From Chiloscyllium plagiosum (lineage: Eukaryota), in assembly GCF_004010195.1 (NCBI RefSeq), contig NC_057718.1, positions 32,487,088-32,545,648 of the forward strand: DNA of 58,561 nt. Direction: 5' to 3'. Positions 39,437 through 50,847 of this stretch are shown piece after piece (position 1 is the stretch's first letter; each line of letters opens with the position of its first letter). A program made the translations under genes and the position numbers. Below the pieces are notes generated by a model, which made no database searches, was not told the origin of the DNA, and saw nothing but the letters and a program-made list of their open reading frames with translations.

Positions 39437-40798
39437 TAAGAAATCAAAAATCATGCTTTAAATCTTGTCATGGAGTGTTAAGTACCTTTAGTGCATGTGA
39501 CTTCAAATCCTAGGTTGGACTAACATTCACAATTGGATGCACCTCTTTTGGTGAGTTCCTTGGTTCTTAGCTGGAGTGTTAGGGAAAGTATTATGCTGTG
39601 ACACACATGTCTATTTCAAGAGAGCACAAAATTAAACAGAAAGCCTATCCCTTTAAATCACCAAGTTTCTCCCTACTGCCATTGTTTTCTGTTCTTTCAG
39701 TGGTTCCTAGTTTACATCTTCGGCACTGTACACCGCAAGAGGTTGTACCTCTTGTTATTAATGCACTGTAAACAACTACTCAGAAATGGAGAAGGTACAT
39801 GGTTAGTAGTTACCCTTACTCTGAGACCTTACAGTCATTCTTTCGCACTTTTTTAACACGTTATCCATTCAGTATGTGGCTGAGGCTAATAAAGTTGCAT
39901 TATTATCCATCCTTAAGGTATAAAACCAGTTCCTGCCACTTCATGGCATGGGACATGCACCACCCTACAAGTCCTTTCTGTCACTTGGGTACCATTGTCA
40001 TGCTTCTTTTGATGTTGGATACCTAGTAAATGGAGATCTTCCATTTACATAGTGCTCCATCTAGCTTCAAGATATCCAAATGTAATTTGAAATCCATATG
40101 ATATTCATGTGGAAGGGAAAAGTTCTATTTTCACCCATTCTGGCTTGCATGTCACTTCCGTCACCCAGCAGTTCCTCACAGAGAATAACAATAATTGTGG
40201 TGCTCACTACCAAAATCATCAGGACCATAACATTTTCCAGTGCACCCCAAGTGAAACAATTCTTGCAAAACGCACCAAAAACTTGTATAGTTTTGCTGTA
40301 TGTTGGAATATATTTTCCTGCATAGTTTTGACAAATGGTTTCTTTTGCGTTTCCAATTCAATATCTGTGCAAGTCAGCTGCCCATTCCATATTGTAACCT
40401 GGTTAGTAGGAAATATGCACAAGTTTATTAGTCTCCTGAGTTTTGTTCCTTTTCTTTAGGGCAGTGAATGCATTGCGAAATCCTGAAGAAAACCCAGCTG
40501 AGATTGGAATCTTAGCTGTGACAAATCATCAGCATAAATGTTCATCTCTGTCACTTTGTCGAGCGGCATTTGAATGAAATAAAGTAGAGGATTCATCGTC
40601 AGGTCAAAGCCAAAAATAATCAGGCAACATTTCATTTCTGTCAAAAACCGACGTTGATATAATGGTTAATGATAGTCATTTATGGATACAAATCAGAACT
40701 CTGTCACTGAAGTCATTATGAAAGATTACAGATGTGCATTAGAAACCATTTCCAAATAAACTGAGCAGTTGTTTCTTAAAGTTCTTAATATTTCAACT

Positions 40799-41115
40799 TT
40801 GGCTCAGCAGAAGCTGACCTTCATCTCTGAATCAGAAGGTTGTAAGCTTAAGTCCCACCCTAGATTCTTGAACATGTAATCCAGATTGACCCTTCCCAAT
40901 CGTACTGCAGGAATGCTGCACCTGTTGGAGGTGCTGTACTTCAAATGGGACCTTACACTGAGTCTCTATCTGCCTTCCAAGTGGATTTCTAACGGACCTG
41001 GCAGCAGAATTTGAAGATGAATGGGGAGGTTCTCTCCGACATGCTAGGTAATATGTATCCAGCAATCAACAAAATCACATCAACCAGGGCCTTATCTCTT
41101 GCTGTTTGTAGAGCT
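40799..41115 (+). mobile_element. DeuSINE (SacSINE1-like)
   Basis: A tRNA-like head (tggctcag...ctgaatcagaaggttgt) is followed by Deu-domain-like ggaatgctgcacctgttggaggtgctgtacttcaaatggg...gaagatgaatggggaggttctctcc. Confidence 0.7.
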
Positions 41116-41139
41116 TGTGCAAACAAACAGAGATACAAC

Positions 41140-41563
41140 AAACCTACAGACTAGGAGCAGACATAGGTCATTCAGCCTATCAAGCCTGTTGAGTAAAATC
41201 AAGTCTGATCTGTTTGTGTTCTGAATTCCACAATCACAGCTATCCCCGATAATCTTTGATTCGATTTCCTAACAATAATCGATCTACCTCTGCCTTGAAA
41301 TGTTCAATGACCTAACCTCCACCATCTTCTGAGGCACAGAGTTGCAAAATCACACACCTCTCTGAGCGTAAAATGTTCCCATCATTTCTCTCCTATAAGG
41401 GTGTTCCCTGATTTTAAAACAGTGTCCCCTCATTCTGGACTCACCCACATGAATCACACACTTTCCACATCCATTTTGGCAAGACCATTCATGACACTAT
41501 AAGCATCACCAGGTCACCCCTTACTCTTCTAAATGCCAGGGAAACCAAACCTAGCCCGTACCA
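41140..41563 (-). mobile_element. CR1 LINE 3' fragment (continues briefly after 41810; a + strand CR1 tail follows at about 41836-42072)
   Basis: taggagcagacataggtcattcagcc tail and ggtcaccccttactcttctaaa. Confidence 0.75.
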
Positions 41564-41810
41564 AAACAGAAATTGCTGGAAAAGCTCAACAGGTCTGGCA
41601 GCACTCGTGGAGAGAAATCAGAGTTAATGTTTTGGGCCAGGTGATCATTCCTCAGAACCTTCCTTCCTCGGTTCTGAGAAAGGGTCACTCAACCTGAAAT
41701 GTTAACTCTGACTTCTCTCCACAGGTACTGGCAGACCTGCTGAACTTTTCCAGGAATTTCTGTTTTTGTTTCTGATTTACAGCATCTGCAGTTTTTTTTC
41801 CGGTTTTGAT
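41564..41810. mobile_element. Fold-back Penelope-like element with back-to-back hammerhead motifs (family A) and a 13-bp TSD
   Basis: The roughly 95-bp arms are inverted around 41660-41669. The flanks are CTAGCCCGTACCA (41551-41563) and CTAGCCTGTACCA (41811-41823). Confidence 0.85.
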
Positions 41811-42383
41811 CTAGCCTGTACCATCCTTCCGCATAAAGGTATGAGGAAATGTCTTTCACCGAGAGGGCGGTCAGTGTCTGCAATTCACTGCTCAGTTTGG
41901 TGGCTAAGGTGAGAACCCTGAACTCATTTAAAAGGAATTTGATCTGCACCAGAAACACGGTAACCTGCAGGACTACAGACCCAGTGCTGAAAAGTGGGAT
42001 TAGACTGGGTGGTTAGTTTGGTCAGCTGGCACAGCTGAATGGCCTCCTTCTGTGCTGTAACATTTCTATGATCTTGTAAGCTGAATTGACCTGAGTTTTC
42101 AGCGCCCACCCAGCCTGAGTTATGTCGGGTTGCTGGGAGGTAGTGGCCTGGGCACCTGTCCTCTTTAATGTGCTACCCCTCTAGCACTGAAAACACTCCG
42201 TAGAATCCAGCCCAATGTTCTTCATTTACTGTTACTTACAAAAAATTTCCATAGAAGTCAGAAGAATGTAGGAGCACAGAATTCTGTTTCTGATGGGTCT
42301 TAAACGAACTGTTCTTGACTCAGCTATGATAATAGTTTAGTCAGACTCAATATACTCAGACTCAGTATGCAGACAGTATGCAG

Positions 42384-42513
42384 ATTCCTGATGATGGACT
42401 TTTGCCTGAAACGTCGATTTTCCTGCTCCTCGGATGCTGCCTGACCTGCTGTGCTTTTCCAGCACCACTCTAATCTAAACTCTGGTTTCCAGCATCTGCA
42501 GTCCTCACTTTTG
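42384..42513 (+). mobile_element. Penelope-like short element with hammerhead motif (family A variant) and a 16-bp TSD
   Basis: It reads CTGATGA(42388-42394)-tggacttttgcct-GAAA-CGTC. CTCAGTATGCAGACAG occurs at 42361-42376 and 42514-42529. Confidence 0.85.
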
Positions 42514-42785
42514 CTCAGTATGCAGACAGACAACCTGGGTTCTCACTCCTCCTCATGATTCACAAACTTTTCTCCGAACGTGGGCATGTAGGTGCCTAAT
42601 TTGGAGTAGCAGATATACTAAGACATTCAAACTCTGTGGTCACTTGAATGGGCACCTGAGACTTACTCATGCCTCAGGATGATACCTGAGTATGAGAAAT
42701 ACTCATGTATAAAGCATGAAAAATGTTTAGACCAGTTAATATACACCTCTATATGCATAATTTTAAATGTTTCAACATATAATTT

Positions 42786-43260
42786 AGATTTACAAGGATG
42801 TTGCCAGGGTTGGAGGGTTTGAGCTACAGGGAGAGGCTGAACAGCTGGGGCTATTTTCCCTGGAGTGTTGAAGGCTGAGGGGTGACCTTATAGAGGTTTA
42901 CAAAATTATGAGGGGCGTGGATAGAGTAAATAGGCAAAGTCTTTTCCCTGGGGTCAGGGAGTCCAGAACTAGAGGGGATAGGTTTAGGGTGAGAGGGGAA
43001 AGATATAAAAGGGACCTAAGGGGCAGCTTTTTCATGCAAAGGGTGGTACGTGTATGGACTGAGCTGCCAGAAGAAGTGGTGGAGGCTGGTACAATTACAA
43101 CACTTAAAAAGCATCTGGATAGGTATATGAATAGGAAGAGTTTAGAGGGATATGGGCCAAGTGCTGGCAAATGGGACTAGATTAATTTAGGATACTGGTC
43201 AGCATGGACAAGTTGGACCGAAGGGTCTGTTTCCAAGCTGTACATCTCTATGATTCAATG
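42786..43260 (+). mobile_element. CR1 LINE 3' fragment
   Basis: RFTRMLPGLEGLSYRERL ... MRGVDRVNRQSLFPG ... WTELPEEVVEAG. Confidence 0.92.
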
Positions 43261-43599
43261 ACACTATCTATATGTTCTGAAGAAAATATTCCATTTGTAG
43301 CACGGATTTCACTTACTGGAGGGTAAAATATAACTTTGCTACTTGTATAAACATGCAGGAGCAGAGTGGCACCTCCCCCCTTCTCTCCCCCCTTCCAAAT
43401 ATTCAAGCCATTGACGTCAATATGTTCTATTTCGTAAAGTCAGTTGAAAAAGATTACAACCAATCTTCACACATTATACACCATCTAACTCAATACCACA
43501 GTTTCAGTCTGTGTTTTTTTTTGCAGTCTGTGTTTACTTATAATTTTTTCACATGGCGAGTTCACCCTCAAAAGCGCTGAATACGGGTCTTTGAGAGCA

Positions 43600-44365
43600 T
43601 TATTTGAGCATTGCTCACAATGGCTCACCAATGATAAGAATTCCCTTTTTGAACAAATTTCTTCATCCGCTGCTGCAGGAGGCTTCAGTGAATACTTAGC
43701 TAATGCCCAATCCCTGCTCTCCACCACAGGGAAAGTCATTGCAAGAATCGCCCTCAATCTCCTTCTCCTCATGGCTGAAAAGCTCCTACCAGCGTCACAA
43801 TGCAGATTCTGTCCATTAAGAGGCACAGGGAAACTGATCGTCACTGCAAGGCAAGTCAAAGAAAAATGCAGAGAACTGCAGAGATCTCTATACATGGCCT
43901 TTTCCCAGCTCATAAAGACTTTTTCACTGGTCAACCAGGAGGGATCATGGATCATCCTCCACACATTTGCCTGCCCACACAAATTCATCACCAGCCTCTC
44001 CCTAATGACATGGAAGGTGCGATCTTCAGTAGCAGACCCACCGTTGATCCAATCTGAGTGTTAACTCGCATTAGGCCAGGCTCTGTTACCGCACCAGTGC
44101 TCTTATCCATCTTCCTCTTTGTAGACCTCCATCCCATCTTGCTGAAGTCCCACTGCCAGAGTAGAACTATTCCAAAGAATGAGTGGGAAACAGCTCACCC
44201 AACATGGTTCTGCACTGGAGACAATGATCTGCCATCAGATTGTACTTTGGAGATGATATTTGCTTGTGCACACATTCAGGGGAATAACATTGTTGATATA
44301 TTAATGGAGATGAACGAAAGAATGAAACTTACACTAAAGGGCCAAAAGACAATTAAACACAATTA
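43600..44365 (+). mobile_element. RTE-clade LINE RT fragment
   Basis: SLLSTTGKVIARI..LLPASQCRFCPLRGTGKLIVTARQVKEKCRELQRSLYMAF resembles the RTE motif ESQCGFR..R.T.D.IF..RQLQEKCRE...LY.AF.D. Confidence 0.85.
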
Positions 44366-44692
44366 ATGTACAATCAATGACTGCCACTTTTCTCACACCT
44401 GAGCCCTAGTTGAATTTCACCACGATATTTGGAAATGTCATTAGTAGTTTATGATTAGTGTAATATATGCTAACAATAGCTAGAGAGGTATTTGAAGTGG
44501 TAAATTATAAAAACTGTCTATTTGTGGCCATCTTGGAAAATTCAGACAAAATGCTGGAAGCTTGAGCCATGAATGTTACGTATCAGGGAAGTGGCTGGAG
44601 GGTAAACATTCTTTAAGTATTGGTCTAAAATAAGTAGTGAATTGAATCAGCTGAGCAGCATTTCTTTAACATCTGCTTGCATTTCCGAATAG

Positions 44693-44950
<258 letters not shown>

Positions 44951-46020
44951 TGAATGAGCTGCAATTAAAACTGGATTTATTAACTTGTAGTATCCACCAG
45001 TGGGAGTTGAAACACAGTTCATAATGTCATAGCTAGGACAGGAGGGCTTGGGATAAATTACACAACTTGTGGGAAAAGGACAGAATGTTTTGTGATGTGT
45101 ATATGTTTATACTGGCTTATATTTATACAGCAGAGAAATCTGTTCTTCCCAACTTATTAAATGCCACAAACATTTTGCTGCCAGCTGGTGTAAAAAAAGT
45201 TTTGACATATTTTATCCAACTATTCCAACTAGTGACTTAGCAGCAAATAAGGCATTGGGATTAATTATTATGAATTCTGATCATCTGTGAACTCTAACCC
45301 TCTATCTAATACTTGAATACTATAATTCTTGTAATCAAGTATTGTTATTACTTTGTGTTCAAACCTGATCTTCACATTCCAGTTTACATTCTTTATTCTA
45401 CCTCAAACTTGTGGGAAATTGAATGAGAAAAACATGGAAAAAGAGAGTGGGTGGTGACCTAAGAGAAAAGAGGATGAAGAGAAGAGAAACGACAGTGAGA
45501 AATTGTTAGTGGCTTTGAAAGTACATTTTAAGATAAACTTCAGGAATGGGGTTCCTTATGATTACATTTAAGATGATTGATCCAAAAAGTGGGCCATGGG
45601 AAGGATTGCATCATGATGGTCAACTTACCGATTAACAACTGTGCCTCCTCCATTTCAACCTGGGCCTTCCACTAGGGGGCCCAAGCACCTGCCTGAATCC
45701 GGCAGCAGCCCCTTGAAGCAATGAAAACTTTTTGATGTCGAATCTAGTGAACCGAGTTGAGTGGACCATGTGCAATAAATGCTCCCTTTAAAACTGTTGG
45801 TCAAGAGGAAGATGACCCAAGGCTTTAGGCCTGAAATTATTTTGTACAGTGCAACTTGTTGTCATCCAGGCCATTCTTCAACCCACCCAATACTAAGCTG
45901 GTCCAGAGCTACAAACTGCAGCAGGATACCCTTTTAGAGTACTCACTTCACCAGTAGATTTTTATGCATTAACTGGGGCATTCAAAACTTAACATCTAAC
46001 TCCAGATCACCAGTGACATA

Positions 46021-46205
46021 ATTCAGAGATGCCGGTGTTGGATTGGGGTGTACAAAGTTAAAAATCACACAACACCAGGTTATAGTCCAACAGGTTTAAT
46101 TGGAAGCACACTAGCTTTCGGAGCACTGCTCCTTCATCAGGTGGTAGTGCTAGTGTGCTTCCAATTAAATCTGTTGGACTATAATCTGGTGTTGTGTGAA
46201 TTTTA
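46021..46205. mobile_element. Fold-back Penelope-like element (family B) with a 12-bp TSD
   Basis: The 59-bp inverted arms (46057-46115 and 46149-46207) match at 56/59. ACCAGTGACATA occurs at 46009-46020 and 46206-46217. Confidence 0.88.
46109..46143 (-). ncRNA. Minimal type-I hammerhead ribozyme motif (core intact)
   Basis: The minus strand reads cac-CUGAUGA-A-GGAGC-agu-GCUCC-GAAA-GCUA/-gug. It has a 3-bp helix I, a perfect 5-bp helix II and a palindromic AGCU in place of helix III. Confidence 0.8.
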
Positions 46206-46254
46206 ACCAGTGACATAGATTGTGATGCCCTTAAAAATGTCAAAGTCTAAACAC

Positions 46255-47000
46255 TTGACTGATTGCTTGATTTATTGTACTGAGGTACAGTGAAAATCTT
46301 TGTTTAAGGGCAGTACAGGCAGATCATAGTAAGCAATGACGTACAGATCAAAAGATTTAGATGGAGGCATACAGGTAATATTGCACAGAGTGTACAAGAG
46401 AGATCAACATTAGCAAGGTCAGCATTATTTGAGGCTAGAAAGTCCATTCAGTAGTCTAATAACAGCTGGGAAGAGGCTTATGCCCGAAACGTCGATTCTT
46501 CTGCTCCTTTGATACTGCCTGACCTGCTGCCCTTTTCCAGCAACACATTTTTCAGAAGCTGTCCATAAACCTACTTGTCCATGTGTTCAGACTTCTGATG
46601 TTCTGCCTGATGGAAGACTTGTGGGAGATCATTACCAGGGTGCAAAGGGTCTTTGGTGATATTGGCAGCCTTTCCACAACAGCAAGCCATGTAAATGGAG
46701 TCAATGGATAGAAAGCTGGCTTCCGTGATGGTCTGGGCTATGCACACAACCTTCTGCAGTTTCTTAGGATTCTGGGCAGAGTAGTTGCCATACTAGGCCG
46801 TTATGCAACCGGACAGTATGCTTTCAGTTGTGCATCTGTCGAAGATAGCGAGGGCCCTTATGGACATGCCAAATTTCCTGAGCTGCCTGAGGAATAAGAG
46901 GCAATGTTGTGCCTTCTTGACTGTTGCATCTATATGGGAAGACCAGGATAGGTTGTCGGTTATTGTCACACCGAGGAACATGACGTTGTCCACCCTTTCA
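46255..47000 (-). mobile_element. Rex1/Babar-type LINE 3' fragment (a related tail is at about 33835-33916 +)
   Basis: FLGVTITDNLSWSSHIDATVKKAQHCLLFLRQLRKFGMS...CTTESILSGCITA. Confidence 0.85.
46473..46553 (+). mobile_element. Truncated Penelope-like element (hammerhead 3' half) nested in the Rex1 fragment
   Basis: ggcttatgcccGAAACGTCgattctt...ctgcctgacctgctg. Confidence 0.75.
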
Positions 47001-47772
47001 ATCTCAGTTTTAACATCACATATTCCAGAACACATGAAGCGAAAATGTTTGGTGACCTCCATCAAATATGTCCTTTCTCCATCCAGTTTATACTGCTCCC
47101 TTAGAAAGAAATCATAATCACCTTAACATTGGTCAATGTGGCATGAATTACCATGGAAGCCATTAAAGCAAACAGTATAAATAGTTCACTAAATAATTAA
47201 ATGCATTTCTGGGCAAGAGAATGAGGTCTGATAAGAAGGTAAATTGATGAGATTAAGATCTATGGAAAGTATTTACATTTCAGGTTAATGACCTTCCATT
47301 AGAGTTCTGCCAAAAAGACATAGACCTGAAGCTTTGGAGGGAATTTAACAACCACAGCAAGGATAGCCATCTCTTGGCTGGAAAACAGCTGGAAGTCCCA
47401 TAATGGTCATTGTCGGGAGGCCCGATCAAGTCTCACTGTCGGGTTTCCTTATTTCATGAAAAAGAATGTTTGATTCATCTGAATGGCCTGCTTATGTTGG
47501 AGCAGTTAAAGGGAAAGGATCAGTTAATTGTATATATGCCATTTTGGATAAAATTAATTTGTATCACTGGCGTCCAAGATAATCTTCAAATTTTTATTCA
47601 ATTTGTTTCTCTTAAAACAGGTTTCCAGCATACTTTGATCTTGATGACCTGCTCTTTCATTTTCCTTTATTTGTACACATTTCCTTCATGGTCTTTTCAT
47701 TTATCACCCTTTAACACTATTTTCCCCTGTATTTCCACACTTGTACTTCTATTGATATGTTTTTTCATAGTG

Positions 47773-48806
47773 TCCATTTGATGGAATAGCAGCCTTCTCT
47801 GTCTGAAGGAATGGCAGTCTTCTCCGTCTGAAGGAATGTCAGCCTTCTCTGTCTGAAGGAATGGCAGCCTTCTCTGGCTGAAGGAAATGCGGCCTTCTCC
47901 ACCTGAAGGAATGGCAGCCTTCTCTGTCTGAAGGAAATGCGGCCTTCTCTGTCTGAAGGAAATGCGGCCTTCTCAGTCTGAAGGAATGGCAGCCTTCTCC
48001 ACCTGAAGGAATGGCAGCCTTCCCGGCTGAAGGAATGGCAGTCTTCTCTGTCTGAAGGAATGGCAGCCTTTTCCGTCTGAAGGAATGGCAGCCTTCTCCA
48101 CCTGAAGGAATGGCAGCCTTCCCGCCTGAAGGACTGGCAGCCTTCTCCGTCTGAAGGAATGGCAGTCTTCTCCGTTGAAAGGAATGGCAGCCTTCTCCAT
48201 TGAAAGGAATGGCAGCCTTTTCCGTCTGAAGGAATGGCTGCTTTCTCTGTCTGAAGGAATGGCAGCCTTCTCCGCCTGAAGGAAATGCGGCCTTCTCCAC
48301 CTGAAGGAATGGCAGCCTTCTCTGTCTGAAGGAATGGCAGCCTTCTCCGTCTGAAGGAATGGCAGCCTTTTCTGTCTGAAGGAATGGCAGCCTTTTCCGT
48401 CTGAAGGAATGGCAGTCATCCCCCTCTGAAGGAATGGCAGTCCTCTCCATTGAAAGGAATGTCAGCCTTCTCTGTCTGAAGGAATGGCAGCCTTCTCCGT
48501 CTGAAGGAATGGCAGCCTTTTCCGTCTGAAGGAATGGCAGCCTTTTCCGTCTGAACGAATGCAAGCCTTCTCTGTCTGAAGGAATGGCAGCCTTCTCCAT
48601 CTGAAGGAATGGCAGCCTTCTCCGTCTGAAGGAATGGCAGCCTTTTCCGTCTGAAGGAATGGCAGTCTTCTCTGTCTGAAGGAATGGCAGTCCTCTCCAT
48701 TGAAAAAAATGGCAGTCTTCTCTGTCTGAAGGACTGGCAGCCATCTCCGTCTGAAGGAATGACAGCCTTCTCTTTCTGAAGGAATGGCAGCCTTCTCCAT
48801 CTGAAG
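47773..48806. repeat. Minisatellite, about 41 copies of a 25-bp unit GTCTGAAGGAATGGCAGCCTTCTCC
   Basis: A contiguous tandem array with variant units, some 23-26 bp long. Confidence 0.97.
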
Positions 48807-48819
48807 TCTTTGGCTTTGG

Positions 48820-48942
48820 TTTTGAAGAAGTGTGAAACATTAACACTGTTTCTCTGTCCACAGATGCTGCCAGACCTGCTGAGTTCCTCCAGCTGTCTCT
48901 GTGCTTGTTTCAGATTTTCAGCATCGGCAGTATTTTGCCTTG
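48820..48942 (+). mobile_element. Penelope-like short element (family A) with helix II of the hammerhead deleted
   Basis: tgaagaagtgtGAAAcattaac...cacagatgctgccagacctgctgag. Confidence 0.7.
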
Positions 48943-49079
48943 ATATTTCGCTCCTATCTTTACAATTGCAAACTGATTCACAGTCAGCTGGGTCGCTATA
49001 GCTTCCCTGGACTTACCTTTCTGCAGTGTTGAGATGCTTTGTTGATTTATTGCCAAATCAAGTACTCAACTTTAAAGAA

Positions 49080-49208
49080 AAACAAGAACTGAGATGCTAG
49101 AATTCAGAAATAAAACCAGTAATTGCTGGAGAAACACAGCAGGTCTGGCAGCATCTGTGGAGAGAAAGCGGAGTTAATATTTCGAGTCCAGTGACCCTTC
49201 TTCAGAAC
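49080..49208 (-). mobile_element. Penelope-like short element (family A)
   Basis: It is an inverted homologue of 48820-48942 and carries the hammerhead motif at 49173-49208. Confidence 0.8.
49173..49208 (-). ncRNA. Minimal type-I hammerhead ribozyme motif (core intact)
   Basis: The minus strand reads guu-CUGAAGA-A-GGGUC-acug-GACUC-GAAA-UAUU/-aac. It has a 3-bp helix I, a 5-bp helix II with one G-U pair and a palindromic AUAU. Confidence 0.72.
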
Positions 49209-50847
49209 AAATACTCAACTTCCTTCTGTCATCAGATGCATTGCTTTAAATAGAAGCATGAAAACTCCGAAAGATGTTGCCTCACACTGGATTATGGTTC
49301 AAAAAATTCAAAATACTAACTGATATATTTCTTAACATTCTACTCTTCAGATTTAAATGAATAAAATACATGCCAGCTTGGAGGACATCAGGGCCCATCC
49401 CATGCTCAGCCAATGTCTTTCCCAGTGTATGCATGCACACACAGAGTTATTGGATAGTGATCTGGGACCCGAGCCCTTGCTAATGTTTAATCCTCCATAT
49501 CTCAGAGGTGCAAGGTTCAATGGTAGTGGCCCTACTACTACCCAAACTGAGATGAGTTAATGCAGTAAACACAGAACATTGATCCTTGGAACTTTTCTAG
49601 TCTATGTGGCTCCTCAGCTTACTAGGTAATACATTAAAATAAAACCTGTTTAAAATTTCACCTTGAATAATTACATTTTCTCTAAAGTTTCCGCCTATTT
49701 CTTGTTGGTCGGCTATGGATCCCCTTACAAGTTGCATCTGGAAAGTGCTTACGCCTCAGCGCACAAAAAATGAATTGTTCAAAAGGGAGAGGAACTGAGA
49801 TAATGAATGATCTAACCATTAATGTACATCTCGTTTTTACCAGTTCACTCACCTGTCTCAAACTTCTGGAATAATTGATAGTTACGTTAGAATGATGTAT
49901 GTAGAAAGCGGGAAAACACTGTTTTAGGAAACAAAAAGAGGAAGGAAAGCTTCTGTGGCGACTCAACAGCAGCATTTTTCATTTTCACCAAACTGAACAA
50001 ATAAAATACATATTGGCTGCAAAAAGCAAATGAAAGAACAAGTGGATCTCCAGATGATTTTCCTTTTATTAATGCTAATCAGTTTTCTCGATATTCTCAG
50101 AACTTCTTCATTAAGGTACTCACCCAAATTCAAGGAAGTCATATTTGAATTGATTCCTGTGCATAACGCCTCACGAGGGTAGTGCACTGAAAATCAAGCC
50201 CTGCTATTCCCACAGTCATCACAAATGTTAAAAAGAAGTTACCAAAATATGCAAATTCACCAATTTATCTGTCAGTCTCTGGTTAACAGAAATAATGGAC
50301 CAGGCTTCTTTACGTAAATCCTTTATAACCACAATTATGAACGACTGTGAACTGTTGGCATATAATTCTACTAGTTAGTAAACTCCCTGATGCACATACA
50401 GAAACACACAGACAAATATGAGTCGCTTCAGGTATTTTACTTGAGAAGAAGTGAGACACACTACCTCCTCTCACAGAGGTCAGTGTGCATCTCAACGTGT
50501 CATTCACATCCAGAGCTGTTCTGCTACCTAGGAACCAATCCGAGAGTTGGACACAATCGCTAAGCCAATCAGCTATATATTGCCGGCCAAATCTCAATTT
50601 TGCATATACCCATGGTACCGGCTTGTCTACAAACAGCTTCCTATACTGTTTGAACAAAGCAGCAGTGGAAGCACTACACTCAAAACCGTTCAGTAATCTG
50701 ATTTTAAAAGTGCAACCATTGTTTCCACAATCACTTGTTTTTAAAAAGTCATTATTCCATTTCAGTCCATGCTCAAAAATACAGGAAGTAAAATTACTGT
50801 CTTTACATCTGAATCTCACTTTTTATATCTGGTGTCATTTAATAGCA

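Noticed and set aside
47801..47850. Minisatellite unit CTGAAGG as a hammerhead core
   Set aside because: It has CUGAAGG rather than CUGANGA and no correctly placed GAAA/UH.
47773..48806. CRISPR-like array of dyad-containing 25-bp repeats
   Set aside because: The units are contiguous with no unique spacers, there are no cas genes and the context is vertebrate. It is a minisatellite.
47839..48861. 340-aa minus-strand ORF and overlapping ORFs as a protein-coding gene
   Set aside because: These come from the stop-free 25-bp repeat read in rotating frames, and they start inside a TE fragment.
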